Assembly (NCBI GenBank): GCA_965214935.1
Contig: CBDCCS010000010.1
Coordinates: forward strand, 128,001 to 192,000
Direction: 5' to 3'
Origin: Candidatus Velthaea sp.
GTDB taxonomy: Bacteria; Vulcanimicrobiota; Vulcanimicrobiia; Vulcanimicrobiales; Vulcanimicrobiaceae
DNA length: 64,000 nt
A program made the position numbers and the translations under genes. A model generated the notes under the pieces. That model searched no databases, was not told the DNA's origin, and saw nothing but the letters and a program-made list of their open reading frames with translations. Positions 19,905 to 29,388 of the stretch are shown here, one piece after another. Position 1 is the stretch's first letter; the number at the start of each line of letters is the position of its first letter.

Positions 19905-22431
19905 CCGGCTTCGACGGCTCGGTCGGGTTCGGCAGCCAGCGCTCGAGAATGATGCGCAAATCGGCCAAAGCGGCCGGCTTGGAGACGTAGTCGTCCATGC
20001 CGGCCGCCCGGCACGCGTCTTGGTCTTCAACCTGCACGTTGGCGGTCATCGCAACGATCGGAATGCGCCGGAGCGCATCGCCGTTCAAGGCGCGGATGAT
20101 ACGCGTCGCTTCGAGTCCGTCCATCTCCGGCATATGGCAATCCATGAAGACGACCGCAAACCGGCCGGTTTGAACGGCATCGACTGCTTGTCTTCCGTTG
20201 GCAACGACCGTTACCTCAAATCCCAGACGCTTGAGCTGACGCACGGCGAGAAGCGCGTTGACTTCGTTGTCCTCGGCCAGCAGCAGCTTCTCAAATCGCG
20301 GACGAACCGTGGTGCGGCGTTCGATCTCCGAGGCGGCCGGGTCGCGAACGGCATCGATGCCGTCGCCGAGCCGCAAGGGCAGCGTGAACCAAAATGTCGA
20401 GCCGGCACCGGCTGCACTCTCGACACCGATCTCACCGCCCATGAGATCGATGAGTTGACGGCAGATCGACAAGCCCAGCCCGGTCCCGCCGTACTTCCGC
20501 GTCGTCGAACCATCGACTTGCGAGAACGGTTGAAACAACCGGTGCTGGACATCCGGTGCAATGCCGACACCCGTATCGACGATCGAGCAGCGGATCGGGA
20601 CATTTCCATTGCTCCGTTCGCCTGCTGCGGCGACGATATGTACGCTGCCGCCGGCGGGTGTGAATTTTAGAGCGTTTCCGATCAGGTTGACGAGGATCTG
20701 GCGGATCCGACCCGGATCGCCGGTCAGCGCGAAAGGCACATCCGGTGCGATGCGGCGAGTCAGTTCGACTTGTTTTGCGATGAATTGTGGTCCCAACAAC
20801 GACATGACGGATGCAATTTGACTTTCAAGATTGAAGCTCGTGAGTTCGAGCTCGAATTTGCCGGCTTCAATCTTCGAGTAGTCGAGAATGTCATTGAGGA
20901 CGCGCAGCAATGAGCGTCCCGAGTCGCGCACGATTCGGACGTATTCGGTTTGCTCCGCATCGAGACTCGATAGCGACAAGAGCTCGGTCATCCCGATGAT
21001 CCCGTTCATCGGCGTTCGAATCTCGTGGCTCATCGTTGCGAGAAAGCGCGATTTTGCATCGGTGGCAGCCAGTGCAAGTTGTTGGGCGGTTTCGATTGCT
21101 TCCTCGGCGGCTTTGCGTGCACCGATTTCTTGAATTTGGGCAATGATATATTCGGGGGCGCCGGACTCGTCGCGCACGATCGACGCGTTGAGTTGAGCCC
21201 AGACCAAATGCCCGTCGCGATGCACGTAGCGTTTTTCTGTTTCGTAGATGAGCCGGGTGCCGTCGATCAACCGCCGGATATTCGTTCGATCGTTCGTGAT
21301 ATCGTCGGGATGGGTGAGCGTCTCGCCGTCGAGCGATAACAACTCGTCGGCGGTATAACCGAGCAAATCGCAAAGAGCGGGATTTACGCGCGTCAGCACG
21401 CCGTCGAGTGCAACGATCGCCAAGCCGATCGGTGTATGCTCTTCAATCTGCCGGTAGCGTTCGTCGCTTGCACGCAGCGCCGCTTCGGCGCGGCGACGGC
21501 CGATAAGATCCTGACGCAGTCGCGCCGTAAGTGAAACCTGATCGCGATACAGACCAAGTTGTTCGCACAAAATCGTTATGAGGACGATCGTTGCTGCAAA
21601 TACCGTGATGAGCTTCCCGGTATCCCAAGCATACGAGTAGCGCATGCCGAAAAAATTCAGCAGCGCATCGAGGCCGGCTGCGAACATTGCAACGCAAAGC
21701 CAGAGCTGCAATGTCGTCAGTCGCCGGCCGTTCGCCAGCAACATCGCGCAACCGATAGCGTTGAGAAACACAATGAGCGGAATGAACGCCGTACGAAGTA
21801 ACGGCTGAAATTGGCCGTTCACAATGAGATGCGGCAAGCTCTCGCGCGTAGCAACGAGCGCCGCGGTCGCGGCGCCGGCGAAAAGCAGCGGGACGAAAAC
21901 GGTGACAACGGTCGTTCCGGTGATTGCGCGACTCCGATGAATGCGACGTGCAACGATGCCCGGCTGCATCGACGTCACGATGCCGACCGGAAAAGCGCAG
22001 TGCCAGGTGATCCAGAGATACAGTGCCGTTTGTTGCTGAGCGATCGTCGGCGGCTGCATGATGAACACGCCGGGGAAGAAACCCAGGTACGACCACGTCG
22101 TTAAGCCGCAAAACGCGTAGGTAAGGGCCAACACGACGAACGACGACTTTCCATTCGAATGAAAATGCACGAGGAAAATCGCCGCCGTGAGCAGATCGGC
22201 CAGCGACCAGACAGCGGCCGTGATCGGGACGATTGGTTTGATGACCGGCCCGCTTGTCGCGCCGAAGCAGGCTGCAAGAACGCTGACGATCGCCAACATT
22301 GCGCAGGCGCTCGCGGCAGTTCGGCGCTGATTCGCCGCGGCCGGCATTGCACCTAAATCGACGGTTGGGTCCGGCAGTTCGACCGCGGCGTCGCCGCCGG
22401 CCGAGCCGTCACCGGAGGCTATCGCGGGCAC
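19876..22431 (-). CDS. Hybrid sensor histidine kinase (MASE4-like TM sensor, PAS, HisKA, HATPase, REC)
   Basis: About 7-8 TM N-terminus; PAS (THPDD); SHEIRTPMNG; NLIGNALKFT; DTGVGI; GGTGLGL; VFMDCHMPEMDG. Start uncertain. Confidence 0.93.
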   Translation of the reverse strand: MPAIASGDGSAGGDAAVELPDPTVDLGAMPAAANQRRTAASACAMLAIVSVLAACFGATSGPVIKPIVPITAAVWSLADLLTAAIFLVHFHSNGKSSFVVLALTYAFCGLTTWSYLGFFPGVFIMQPPTIAQQQTALYLWITWHCAFPVGIVTSMQPGIVARRIHRSRAITGTTVVTVFVPLLFAGAATAALVATRESLPHLIVNGQFQPLLRTAFIPLIVFLNAIGCAMLLANGRRLTTLQLWLCVAMFAAGLDALLNFFGMRYSYAWDTGKLITVFAATIVLITILCEQLGLYRDQVSLTARLRQDLIGRRRAEAALRASDERYRQIEEHTPIGLAIVALDGVLTRVNPALCDLLGYTADELLSLDGETLTHPDDITNDRTNIRRLIDGTRLIYETEKRYVHRDGHLVWAQLNASIVRDESGAPEYIIAQIQEIGARKAAEEAIETAQQLALAATDAKSRFLATMSHEIRTPMNGIIGMTELLSLSSLDAEQTEYVRIVRDSGRSLLRVLNDILDYSKIEAGKFELELTSFNLESQIASVMSLLGPQFIAKQVELTRRIAPDVPFALTGDPGRIRQILVNLIGNALKFTPAGGSVHIVAAAGERSNGNVPIRCSIVDTGVGIAPDVQHRLFQPFSQVDGSTTRKYGGTGLGLSICRQLIDLMGGEIGVESAAGAGSTFWFTLPLRLGDGIDAVRDPAASEIERRTTVRPRFEKLLLAEDNEVNALLAVRQLKRLGFEVTVVANGRQAVDAVQTGRFAVVFMDCHMPEMDGLEATRIIRALNGDALRRIPIVAMTANVQVEDQDACRAAGMDDYVSKPAALADLRIILERWLPNPTEPSKPVTRSSAGGG

Positions 22432-22657
22432 GACACGGTTCCGAGCCGTTCGCGGCGAACGGCGGCGTGTTGGTAGAAACCGAACGTTGTAAGCAAGGTC
22501 TCTCCCGTCGCAGCGCGCGATGACGGATGCGTATACCGCACCGTCTGGTTGATAGTTCGGCTGCGGCTAACGCGGCGCTTAGTCTGCTGTTACAAACGGT
22601 TCCGGTAGGGTGCGAAAGCGGATGTCGGCCGCTCGTCCGACGAACTGCAGCGGCTTC

Positions 22658-25600
22658 ATGCCTTACCGATGGACGTTGTTATGGTCGTGCGTTTGCATTG
22701 CATTGAGCGCAACGGTCAGCGTACCAGCGCCGGCCGCACCGGTGGCGACGTTCGCTGCACTGCAGTGGCGTCTCGTCGGTCCGTTCCGCGGCGGCTGGAG
22801 CGAGATGGTCGCCGGAATACCCGACCGGCCGGATCGCTTCTATTTCGGCGCTGCCGGCGGCGGCGTTTGGCGCACGGACAATGCCGGACGTACGTGGACG
22901 CCGGTCTTCAATACCGGTCCGGCGGCGGTCGGCGCAATTGCGATTGCGCCGTCCGATCCGGCGACGATTTACATCGGCACCGGCCAGCCCGAACCGCGTT
23001 ACGACGTCGCGGGCGGCGCCGGCGTCTTCCGAACAACGGACGGCGGAACGACGTGGAAAGCACTCGGATTGCGCGACACGCGGCACATCGGACGGATCTT
23101 CATCGACCCGGCAAATCCCAATATCGTCGTCGTTGCGGCGCTAGGTCACTTGTTCGGACCGAATGCGGAGCGCGGCGTGTTTCGATCCGCCGACGGCGGC
23201 GCAACGTGGACGCACGTTCTAGATCCCGGGGCGCAAACCGGTGCCGTCGACCTGACGGCCGATCCCGCCGACGCACGGACGATGTTTGCAGCGACCTGGC
23301 AAGCGCGGCAATATCCGTGGCAGAGTTATTTCACGCCGATTGCGGGGCCGGGCAGCGGGATCTATAAGTCGGTCGACGGCGGCCGGAGTTGGAACCGGCT
23401 GAGCGGCAACGGCTGGCCGACCGGCGATCTCGGACGAATCAGCCTCGCTGCAACACGGATCGCCGGTGGTCTGCGCGTTTATGCCGTTATCTCGGCCGCT
23501 GCAGCCGGCGGTTTGTACCGCTCCGATGACGGCGGCATGCATTGGGTGCGCGTCAACGCCGATCCGTCATTCACCAACTATTATGCCAGCCGCGTCAGCG
23601 TCGCACCGGACGACGCAAACGTGGTGTACTTGGTCGGCCAATCGGTTCGCCGCTGCACGAATGGCGGAGCGGCCTGCACGATCATCAAAGGCGCGCCCGG
23701 CGGCGATGATTATCACGGCGTCTGGATCAATCCGCTGCACCCCGATCACCTGGCAACGGTCAGCGACCAAGGCACTGCCGTTAGCGTCGACGGCGGTCGT
23801 AGCTGGTCGAGTTGGTACAATCAGCCGACGGGCCAGTTCTACCATCTGGCCACCGACCAGCGATTTCCTTATACGATTTATGCCGGTCAACAAGATAGCG
23901 GAACCGTTGCGATCCGCAGCCGGAGTGACTACGGCTCGATCGGATACCGGGACTGGCATTCCGTCGGCGGCGACGAGCGCGATTACGACATCCCCGATCC
24001 AGCCGATCCGACGATCGTCTACGGCAGCGGTCTCGGCGGTGCGGTTACGCGATTCGACGGCAGGACGGGCGACGTCAGCGCCATCGGTCCCGATCTCGAG
24101 CCGAATTACGGCCGGCGTCAAACGACGACGGAACACCACTTCGTTTGGGTGACGCCCATCGCCGTATCGCAGCGTGGACCGGCTACGCTATATCTCGGCG
24201 GTGAGGTGCTGTTCGCTTCGACCGACCGCGGTAGGCACTGGTCGGCGATTAGTCCCGACTTAACCGGAAAAAAACCGGGCGCCCGCGATTGCGCGGCGCG
24301 AGCCGTCGCGATCGCGGCGGCCAAAGCGTGCGGCTACGGGGCCATTTGGAGTCTTGCCGTGTCGCCGCGGCATGCCGGTGAGATCTGGGCCGGGACCGAC
24401 GACGGGCTCGTGCAACTTAGCCGCGATTCGGGCCGGCATTGGCGCAACGTCACCCCGCGCGGCATACCGGCCTGGGCGAAGATTGCAACCATCGACGTGT
24501 CTGCGCTGCACGACGGTGTGGCCTATGCCGCGGTCGATAATCAACGTCAAGACGACGTGGCACCGTATATCTACAAAACGCGTGACTACGGCACGACCTG
24601 GCAGAATGCGACGGGCAATTTGCCCGCCGATCACTTCGTGAGCGTCGTGCGTGCCGATCCGGTTCGCGCCGGTCTCTTGTATGCCGGCACCGAGACCGGC
24701 GTTTTCGCGTCGTTCGACGACGGCCGGCGATGGACGCCGCTGCAACAAAACTTGCCCCTCGCATGGGTGCGCGATCTGCTCGTGCATGGCGACGATCTCA
24801 TCGCCGCAACGCAAGGCCGGGCCATCTGGGTCCTCGACGATATCCGCCCGCTACGCGCGTTACCGAGCGCCGCTGCTCTGCGCGCGACGCGGCTGTTCTC
24901 ACCGGCGCCGGCGATCCGCGTGCGGCCGAACAACAATCGCGATACGCCGCTGCCGTCCGACGAGCCGGCCGGGGAGAATCCGCCCCCCGGTGCCATCATC
25001 GATTATACGCTCGCCGCGCCGGCGCGCGATCGCGTAGCGATCGAGATTCGCGACCGCGAACAACGATTGGTGCAACGCCTAACGAGCGACGCGGCGCCGT
25101 CGCCGCACGCCGACGTATACTTCAGCTCGGCATGGTTACAACCGGCCGTGCCGCTCTCGCGGGCCGTGGGCTTTCACCGCGTGACTTGGAATTTACGCTA
25201 CACGCGACCGCCCGCAATCGACAGCGAGTACTCTATCGCCGCGATCGCCGGCCGGGACACACCGGTTCAGCCGGGCGGCGCATTCGTGCTGCCCGGAAGC
25301 TACACGGTCGTTCTGCGGGTTGACGGCCGGACATATCGCGCGCCGCTCCTGGTTCGCGCCGATCCGCGCAGGGCGTTATCGCGCGCCGCGCTAGTTGCTT
25401 CACTCCGTCTGTCGCAGCGCATCGGCACGTGCTTAGCGCGTGCCGATCGTGGAGACGTGCAGTCTGCGGCAGCGCGTGACGCGCTTGTCGGCTTGCTTGC
25501 AAAACTGCGGCCGGTTCAACCATCACCGCTACGGCGCGACGTCGGCGGCTTGCTGGCAAAGTTGACCCCGGCACCGCGCGCTGCGTTCGCGTCGGCGAGC

Positions 25601-25801
25601 GCGCTGCTTACGTCGATCGAGTCGAACCTGGAAGGCAGCGATGCGGCACCAACTGCGCCCCAAGAGCTGGCTGCCGCCCAAGCGATGGTGCAAATCGATC
25701 GGCTCTGGCAGCACTGGACGCACCTGCGCGATCACGACCTGCGGCGACTCGATCGCCGGCTACGCTCAGCCGGTATGTCGCCGGTCGTTGCCGCGCGGTA
25801 G
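22658..25801 (+). CDS. Second secreted sortilin/VPS10-like BNR-repeat protein
   Basis: Signal peptide; WRLVGPFRGG, Asp-boxes, GGDDYH, NQPTGQFYH, TQGRAIW. Confidence 0.88.
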   Translation: MPYRWTLLWSCVCIALSATVSVPAPAAPVATFAALQWRLVGPFRGGWSEMVAGIPDRPDRFYFGAAGGGVWRTDNAGRTWTPVFNTGPAAVGAIAIAPSDPATIYIGTGQPEPRYDVAGGAGVFRTTDGGTTWKALGLRDTRHIGRIFIDPANPNIVVVAALGHLFGPNAERGVFRSADGGATWTHVLDPGAQTGAVDLTADPADARTMFAATWQARQYPWQSYFTPIAGPGSGIYKSVDGGRSWNRLSGNGWPTGDLGRISLAATRIAGGLRVYAVISAAAAGGLYRSDDGGMHWVRVNADPSFTNYYASRVSVAPDDANVVYLVGQSVRRCTNGGAACTIIKGAPGGDDYHGVWINPLHPDHLATVSDQGTAVSVDGGRSWSSWYNQPTGQFYHLATDQRFPYTIYAGQQDSGTVAIRSRSDYGSIGYRDWHSVGGDERDYDIPDPADPTIVYGSGLGGAVTRFDGRTGDVSAIGPDLEPNYGRRQTTTEHHFVWVTPIAVSQRGPATLYLGGEVLFASTDRGRHWSAISPDLTGKKPGARDCAARAVAIAAAKACGYGAIWSLAVSPRHAGEIWAGTDDGLVQLSRDSGRHWRNVTPRGIPAWAKIATIDVSALHDGVAYAAVDNQRQDDVAPYIYKTRDYGTTWQNATGNLPADHFVSVVRADPVRAGLLYAGTETGVFASFDDGRRWTPLQQNLPLAWVRDLLVHGDDLIAATQGRAIWVLDDIRPLRALPSAAALRATRLFSPAPAIRVRPNNNRDTPLPSDEPAGENPPPGAIIDYTLAAPARDRVAIEIRDREQRLVQRLTSDAAPSPHADVYFSSAWLQPAVPLSRAVGFHRVTWNLRYTRPPAIDSEYSIAAIAGRDTPVQPGGAFVLPGSYTVVLRVDGRTYRAPLLVRADPRRALSRAALVASLRLSQRIGTCLARADRGDVQSAAARDALVGLLAKLRPVQPSPLRRDVGGLLAKLTPAPRAAFASASALLTSIESNLEGSDAAPTAPQELAAAQAMVQIDRLWQHWTHLRDHDLRRLDRRLRSAGMSPVVAAR

Positions 25802-26461
25802 CGTTGCTTGCAAACCGTAGGCTTTGGCGGTATCTCGAATGAGCTGACTGAGAACGAGATGATAATTTGCATCGGCCGCGGGTCCGAGATCCGAGGCATC
25901 GATATCGTTCATAACCGCAACATGGACGATATGTGAAATGAGCCGATCGAGCATCACTTCAACGTCGTAGCGGCGGCCGGACTCGATCCCGGCGCTGTAA
26001 AGCGCAGCGGCCAGCGCTTTTGCGTCATGCGGATCGGGCAGCGGCGTCGCCGGCAAGGTCATACCGGCTCGTGCCGCTTGCGCCAGCGCGTCGGTAATGA
26101 CGTAGTTAAAGGTCTTGTTGAACGATGTAAGGTTTTCAGCGCCGAATTTCTTTAATAGCGCGGCACGTTCGCTTGTGCCGAAGGTACCGTTGCCGGTCAG
26201 ATTGCCGACGGCCGTATCGGCGTCGAACGCTGCCGGACCACCGCCCGCAGCGACCAGTGCAATCGCCAGCGCGAGATTCGGCGGACCCAAATCGATCGGA
26301 ACGTACGAGAAGCGGCCATGCGCGCGTGACACCGTCGACGTGCTTGGGGCCGGCGACTGATGCACCGGCATGCCCGGCATAATTTGGGCGGTCGCCTCGC
26401 CGGCACACCCGAGCAAAAACGATACGACTATTGCGATGGTCCGGCAAACAGAGTGTGACGT
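25766..26461 (-). CDS. Secreted conserved hypothetical protein; apparent ACG start
   Basis: 3' part of ORF 25766-26992. Signal-like RTIAIVVSFLLGCAGEATA; core PNLALAIALVAAGGG...LDRLISHIVHVAVMNDID...NYH. GGAG 8 nt before ACG 26461. Confidence 0.7.
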   Translation of the reverse strand, partial: TSHSVCRTIAIVVSFLLGCAGEATAQIMPGMPVHQSPAPSTSTVSRAHGRFSYVPIDLGPPNLALAIALVAAGGGPAAFDADTAVGNLTGNGTFGTSERAALLKKFGAENLTSFNKTFNYVITDALAQAARAGMTLPATPLPDPHDAKALAAALYSAGIESGRRYDVEVMLDRLISHIVHVAVMNDIDASDLGPAADANYHLVLSQLIRDTAKAYGLQATLPRGNDRRHTG

Positions 26462-26557
26462 GCGATCTTCTCCAAGGCAAATGGCCGTTCGTACCGCACG
26501 CGTCCGCGCGCCGACGTTCCGATGAGCTTCACGGCGATTGCCGAAGTTTCGGCGGCG

Positions 26558-26998
26558 ATGATGCGACTTCTTGGACTCGATCACGCCGATATCCGCGTGA
26601 GTTCGCTCGCCGACGTCGAGGCATTTTACGATGCGTTGTTGCCCGCGCTGGGTCTTTTGCGCAAAGTCCGCTCGCATGTCGCCGCCGACGGCGAATGGTA
26701 TCCCGCCGACGAGCGCCGGCCGCCCAACGCAATCGAGTACATGACGCCGGTCGAAGCCGGTGCGCCGGGCTGGTTCATCGGCTTTATCGAGGCGCGGTCG
26801 ATGCCGTCGCTGAGCCGTATTGCTCTGCGGCTGGACGAGGAAAGCGCACTGCCCGCCGTCCATGCACTGCTGACGCAGTGCGGCGCGCGCAATATCGAGT
26901 GGTCGACGTCGAGCGATTATCCGGCGGTCTTTTTCGAGGATCCGGCCGGAACGCGGCTTGAGATCTGCGCTCGGCGACCGAGCGGGTTGCATTCATGA
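26558..26998 (+). CDS. VOC family protein
   Basis: LDHADIRV...FYDALLPALG and YPAVFFEDPAGTRLEIC. Confidence 0.88.
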   Translation: MMRLLGLDHADIRVSSLADVEAFYDALLPALGLLRKVRSHVAADGEWYPADERRPPNAIEYMTPVEAGAPGWFIGFIEARSMPSLSRIALRLDEESALPAVHALLTQCGARNIEWSTSSDYPAVFFEDPAGTRLEICARRPSGLHS

Positions 26999-27015
26999 CG
27001 TCGGAACTACCGTCG

Positions 27016-28274
27016 TCATAAGCGAAACGTATCCCGCACGTACGGCGTAAAACCGCTTGCCGCATCGCGTTCGCCGATCGAAAACGTTTCGTCAAGCTCG
27101 TGCTGATGTTCGAAGGCGGTCAGCTCGAGCGGCAATGCCGCTCGCGGCCGCACGTAGGCGAGCTCGACGATCGGCAGGTCGCGCACGATCGAACGCACGT
27201 CCGACGACGTGCTCTGCGTTACGATGGTGCGGGTGAGGTTGAGCCCGTGCAGGGATCGGTTTGTTATCGATTCTTCGTACACATCGCGCATCGCGACTTC
27301 GAGTATTCACGCTGCATGATCGCATATGCGCCGACGGCGACGGCGATTGCATTGGCATAAGTCGTACGGCTGCTGGGTGCATCGACGAGGACGATGTGGA
27401 TGGCTCTCGCGACCGTGCGTGCGATTTCCACGATTGCGTTACTTGCAATCGAACCGTCGACGTACATCCCGCTGCTGCCGTCCGCCATCGGCATCGTGAC
27501 CGGATCGAACACGAGCGGGATAGCCGCGGACGCCAGCAGCGCGCGATGGAGCAGGCCATCCGAAGCTTCACGAATTTGGACGTTATCACCCAGCGTCACG
27601 CGCAGCGCGCGTTCCATCCGCGCCGGAATTCGCCCGGCCAGAGAAGGCGGCAACCGATAGAAGTATTCCGCTCGCTGCGTCGTTAGATTCGTCGTGACCC
27701 ATACCAGCGGCGTTAGCACCGGCGTCTGCGGATCGATGTGTTTCGCTAACCAGCGCAGCATCGGCTCGCTGCGCGCGATGCCGAGCTCGTGCGTCGTCAG
27801 ACCGGAGACCAGTCGCGACGCCGCGTACGCGCGTTCGAGCACGAATTGCCGCGGATGCATGAGCGGCCGGTACGAACGCTTGATCTCAAAGACGTTTTCA
27901 CGGGCGATCGTACCCCACGCCTTGCGCAACGCCGCGTACTGCCCCGTCGCGACGAACCATGCGTTGATGGCGCCGATCGACGTTCCACAAACGAGCCCAT
28001 ACGGCAGTAGTTGCTGGCCGTCGGACCGTGCGGCCAGTCGAGCCAGCGCGCAGATGAGGCCGCCTTGGTAGGCTCCGCGCGCGCCGCCGCCGCTCAGGAC
28101 GAGCGCATGCGACACGAGCCGGTCGGGCGCGATATGCGAAGCGTTACCGGTCGTTGCGCCCGCCGGAGCCAGCGTCGTTCCGACAAGCGCGGCAGCACGC
28201 GCCAGAAACGCGCGCCGGTCGACATGGATCATACGGTCACCGCGTTGCGCTGAGGGGGCATCGGCGTTCGTCAT
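27016..28274 (-). pseudogene. Tat-exported patatin-like phospholipase, split by a 1-nt frameshift near 27306
   Basis: DRRAFL Tat motif, GGGARG, GTSIG, DGS. ORF 27264-28274 joins ORF 27016-27291 if one A is restored (GAA ATA CTC). Confidence 0.8.
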
Positions 28275-29281
28275 GCCGGTTGCAATTCCGGCGGCAAGCC
28301 GATGCGTGCTACGGCGATGACCCGGTCTGCGGCGCCGTAATAGACATCGAGCTTGCCGTCGGGCCGCTCGTCGATCGCCGATGGAAACACGACCGTCGAC
28401 GTGAGACCGAGTCGCTCGTAAGCAGCCTGCGGCTCGAGAATCGGCAACGGCGTCCGGTACAACACGCGATTCGGTCGCTCGGCGTCGAGCACGGCAGCGC
28501 CCATCGAGTAATTGAGTTGTCCATCGACGTTCGATACGCCGTGATATGTCAACAGCCAGCCGGCCGCAATTCGTACCGGCGGCGCACCGCCGCCTAACTT
28601 AATAGCTTCCCACGGCTCCTTCGGAAGCAACAGCCGTTCGTGCCGGCGCACGTTCACGAGATTCGCAACGTTCGTTTTGACGGCGTCGACGGGCACGTAC
28701 GAAATCCAGATCGCCTCGCGCGTATCGTTACCGCGCGGCGGCATGATCAGTTCTTTATTGCCCAGCCGAATACGCACGCGGGCGGTCGGACGGTGCAAAA
28801 TCGCAAGCGACGGAACGCCTTGCGGATCGAGCACCGGCGCCGGAAAGAACGAAGCATCTTTATTACCGATGAGTTCGGGGACGCGGGCATTGCGTTCGAT
28901 TTCGTAGCGTAAGACACCCAGGCGCTCCCAGGCGTGTAGATCGGTCGATACGGCGACCGCGATTTTCGGTTCGTAGGGAACAAAGGCGGTATACGTCATC
29001 ACGTAGCGCTCGATGAGCGGTACGTACACGACGCGCGCATCTTCAACGCCGCCGCCGCCGGCGCTAACTTCGTACGATTCCTGCGGTTCGAGCGCAACGC
29101 CCAGCCGCTCGACGCTCGCGGGTGTGTCTCCGACAAAGTTCACGCGAGCGTGACCGATACGCGAATAGTTGCCTTCCGCGACGAGTCGCGGAAAGAGATG
29201 CATCGAGCCGTCCGAACCGCTCACGCCGCCGGGATTGAGAACGCCCCAAGCCTCGTGCGGCTCGCCCTCTTTCGGCGACAT
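28271..29281 (-). CDS. GH130/PH1107-like glycosidase or beta-mannoside phosphorylase
   Basis: GVLNPG, EDARV, YVMTYTA, NKDASFFP, LHRP, KLGGGAPP, YHGV, VVFP, YYGAAD. The real N-terminus probably extends upstream (DFSVTRLGPI). Confidence 0.88.
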   Translation of the reverse strand: MSPKEGEPHEAWGVLNPGGVSGSDGSMHLFPRLVAEGNYSRIGHARVNFVGDTPASVERLGVALEPQESYEVSAGGGGVEDARVVYVPLIERYVMTYTAFVPYEPKIAVAVSTDLHAWERLGVLRYEIERNARVPELIGNKDASFFPAPVLDPQGVPSLAILHRPTARVRIRLGNKELIMPPRGNDTREAIWISYVPVDAVKTNVANLVNVRRHERLLLPKEPWEAIKLGGGAPPVRIAAGWLLTYHGVSNVDGQLNYSMGAAVLDAERPNRVLYRTPLPILEPQAAYERLGLTSTVVFPSAIDERPDGKLDVYYGAADRVIAVARIGLPPELQPA

Positions 29282-29388
29282 GATCGGTCCAAGCCGGGTA
29301 ACGCTGAAATCAAGGCCGGCAGATCGCGTATTGAAGCCGGCCGTTCGGCGATGAGCGCGTGCCGACGTGACCTTCTGCCAGAGGGTGG

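Noticed and set aside
12591..25801. Repeated SxDxGxTW-coding segments as a DNA repeat array or CRISPR
   Set aside because: Degenerate protein-level Asp-box repeats; no identical spaced DNA repeats or cas genes seen.
26462..26992. N-terminal 177 aa of the 408 aa ORF 25766-26992
   Set aside because: Antisense to the VOC gene 26558-26998; signal peptide and SD indicate a start near 26461.
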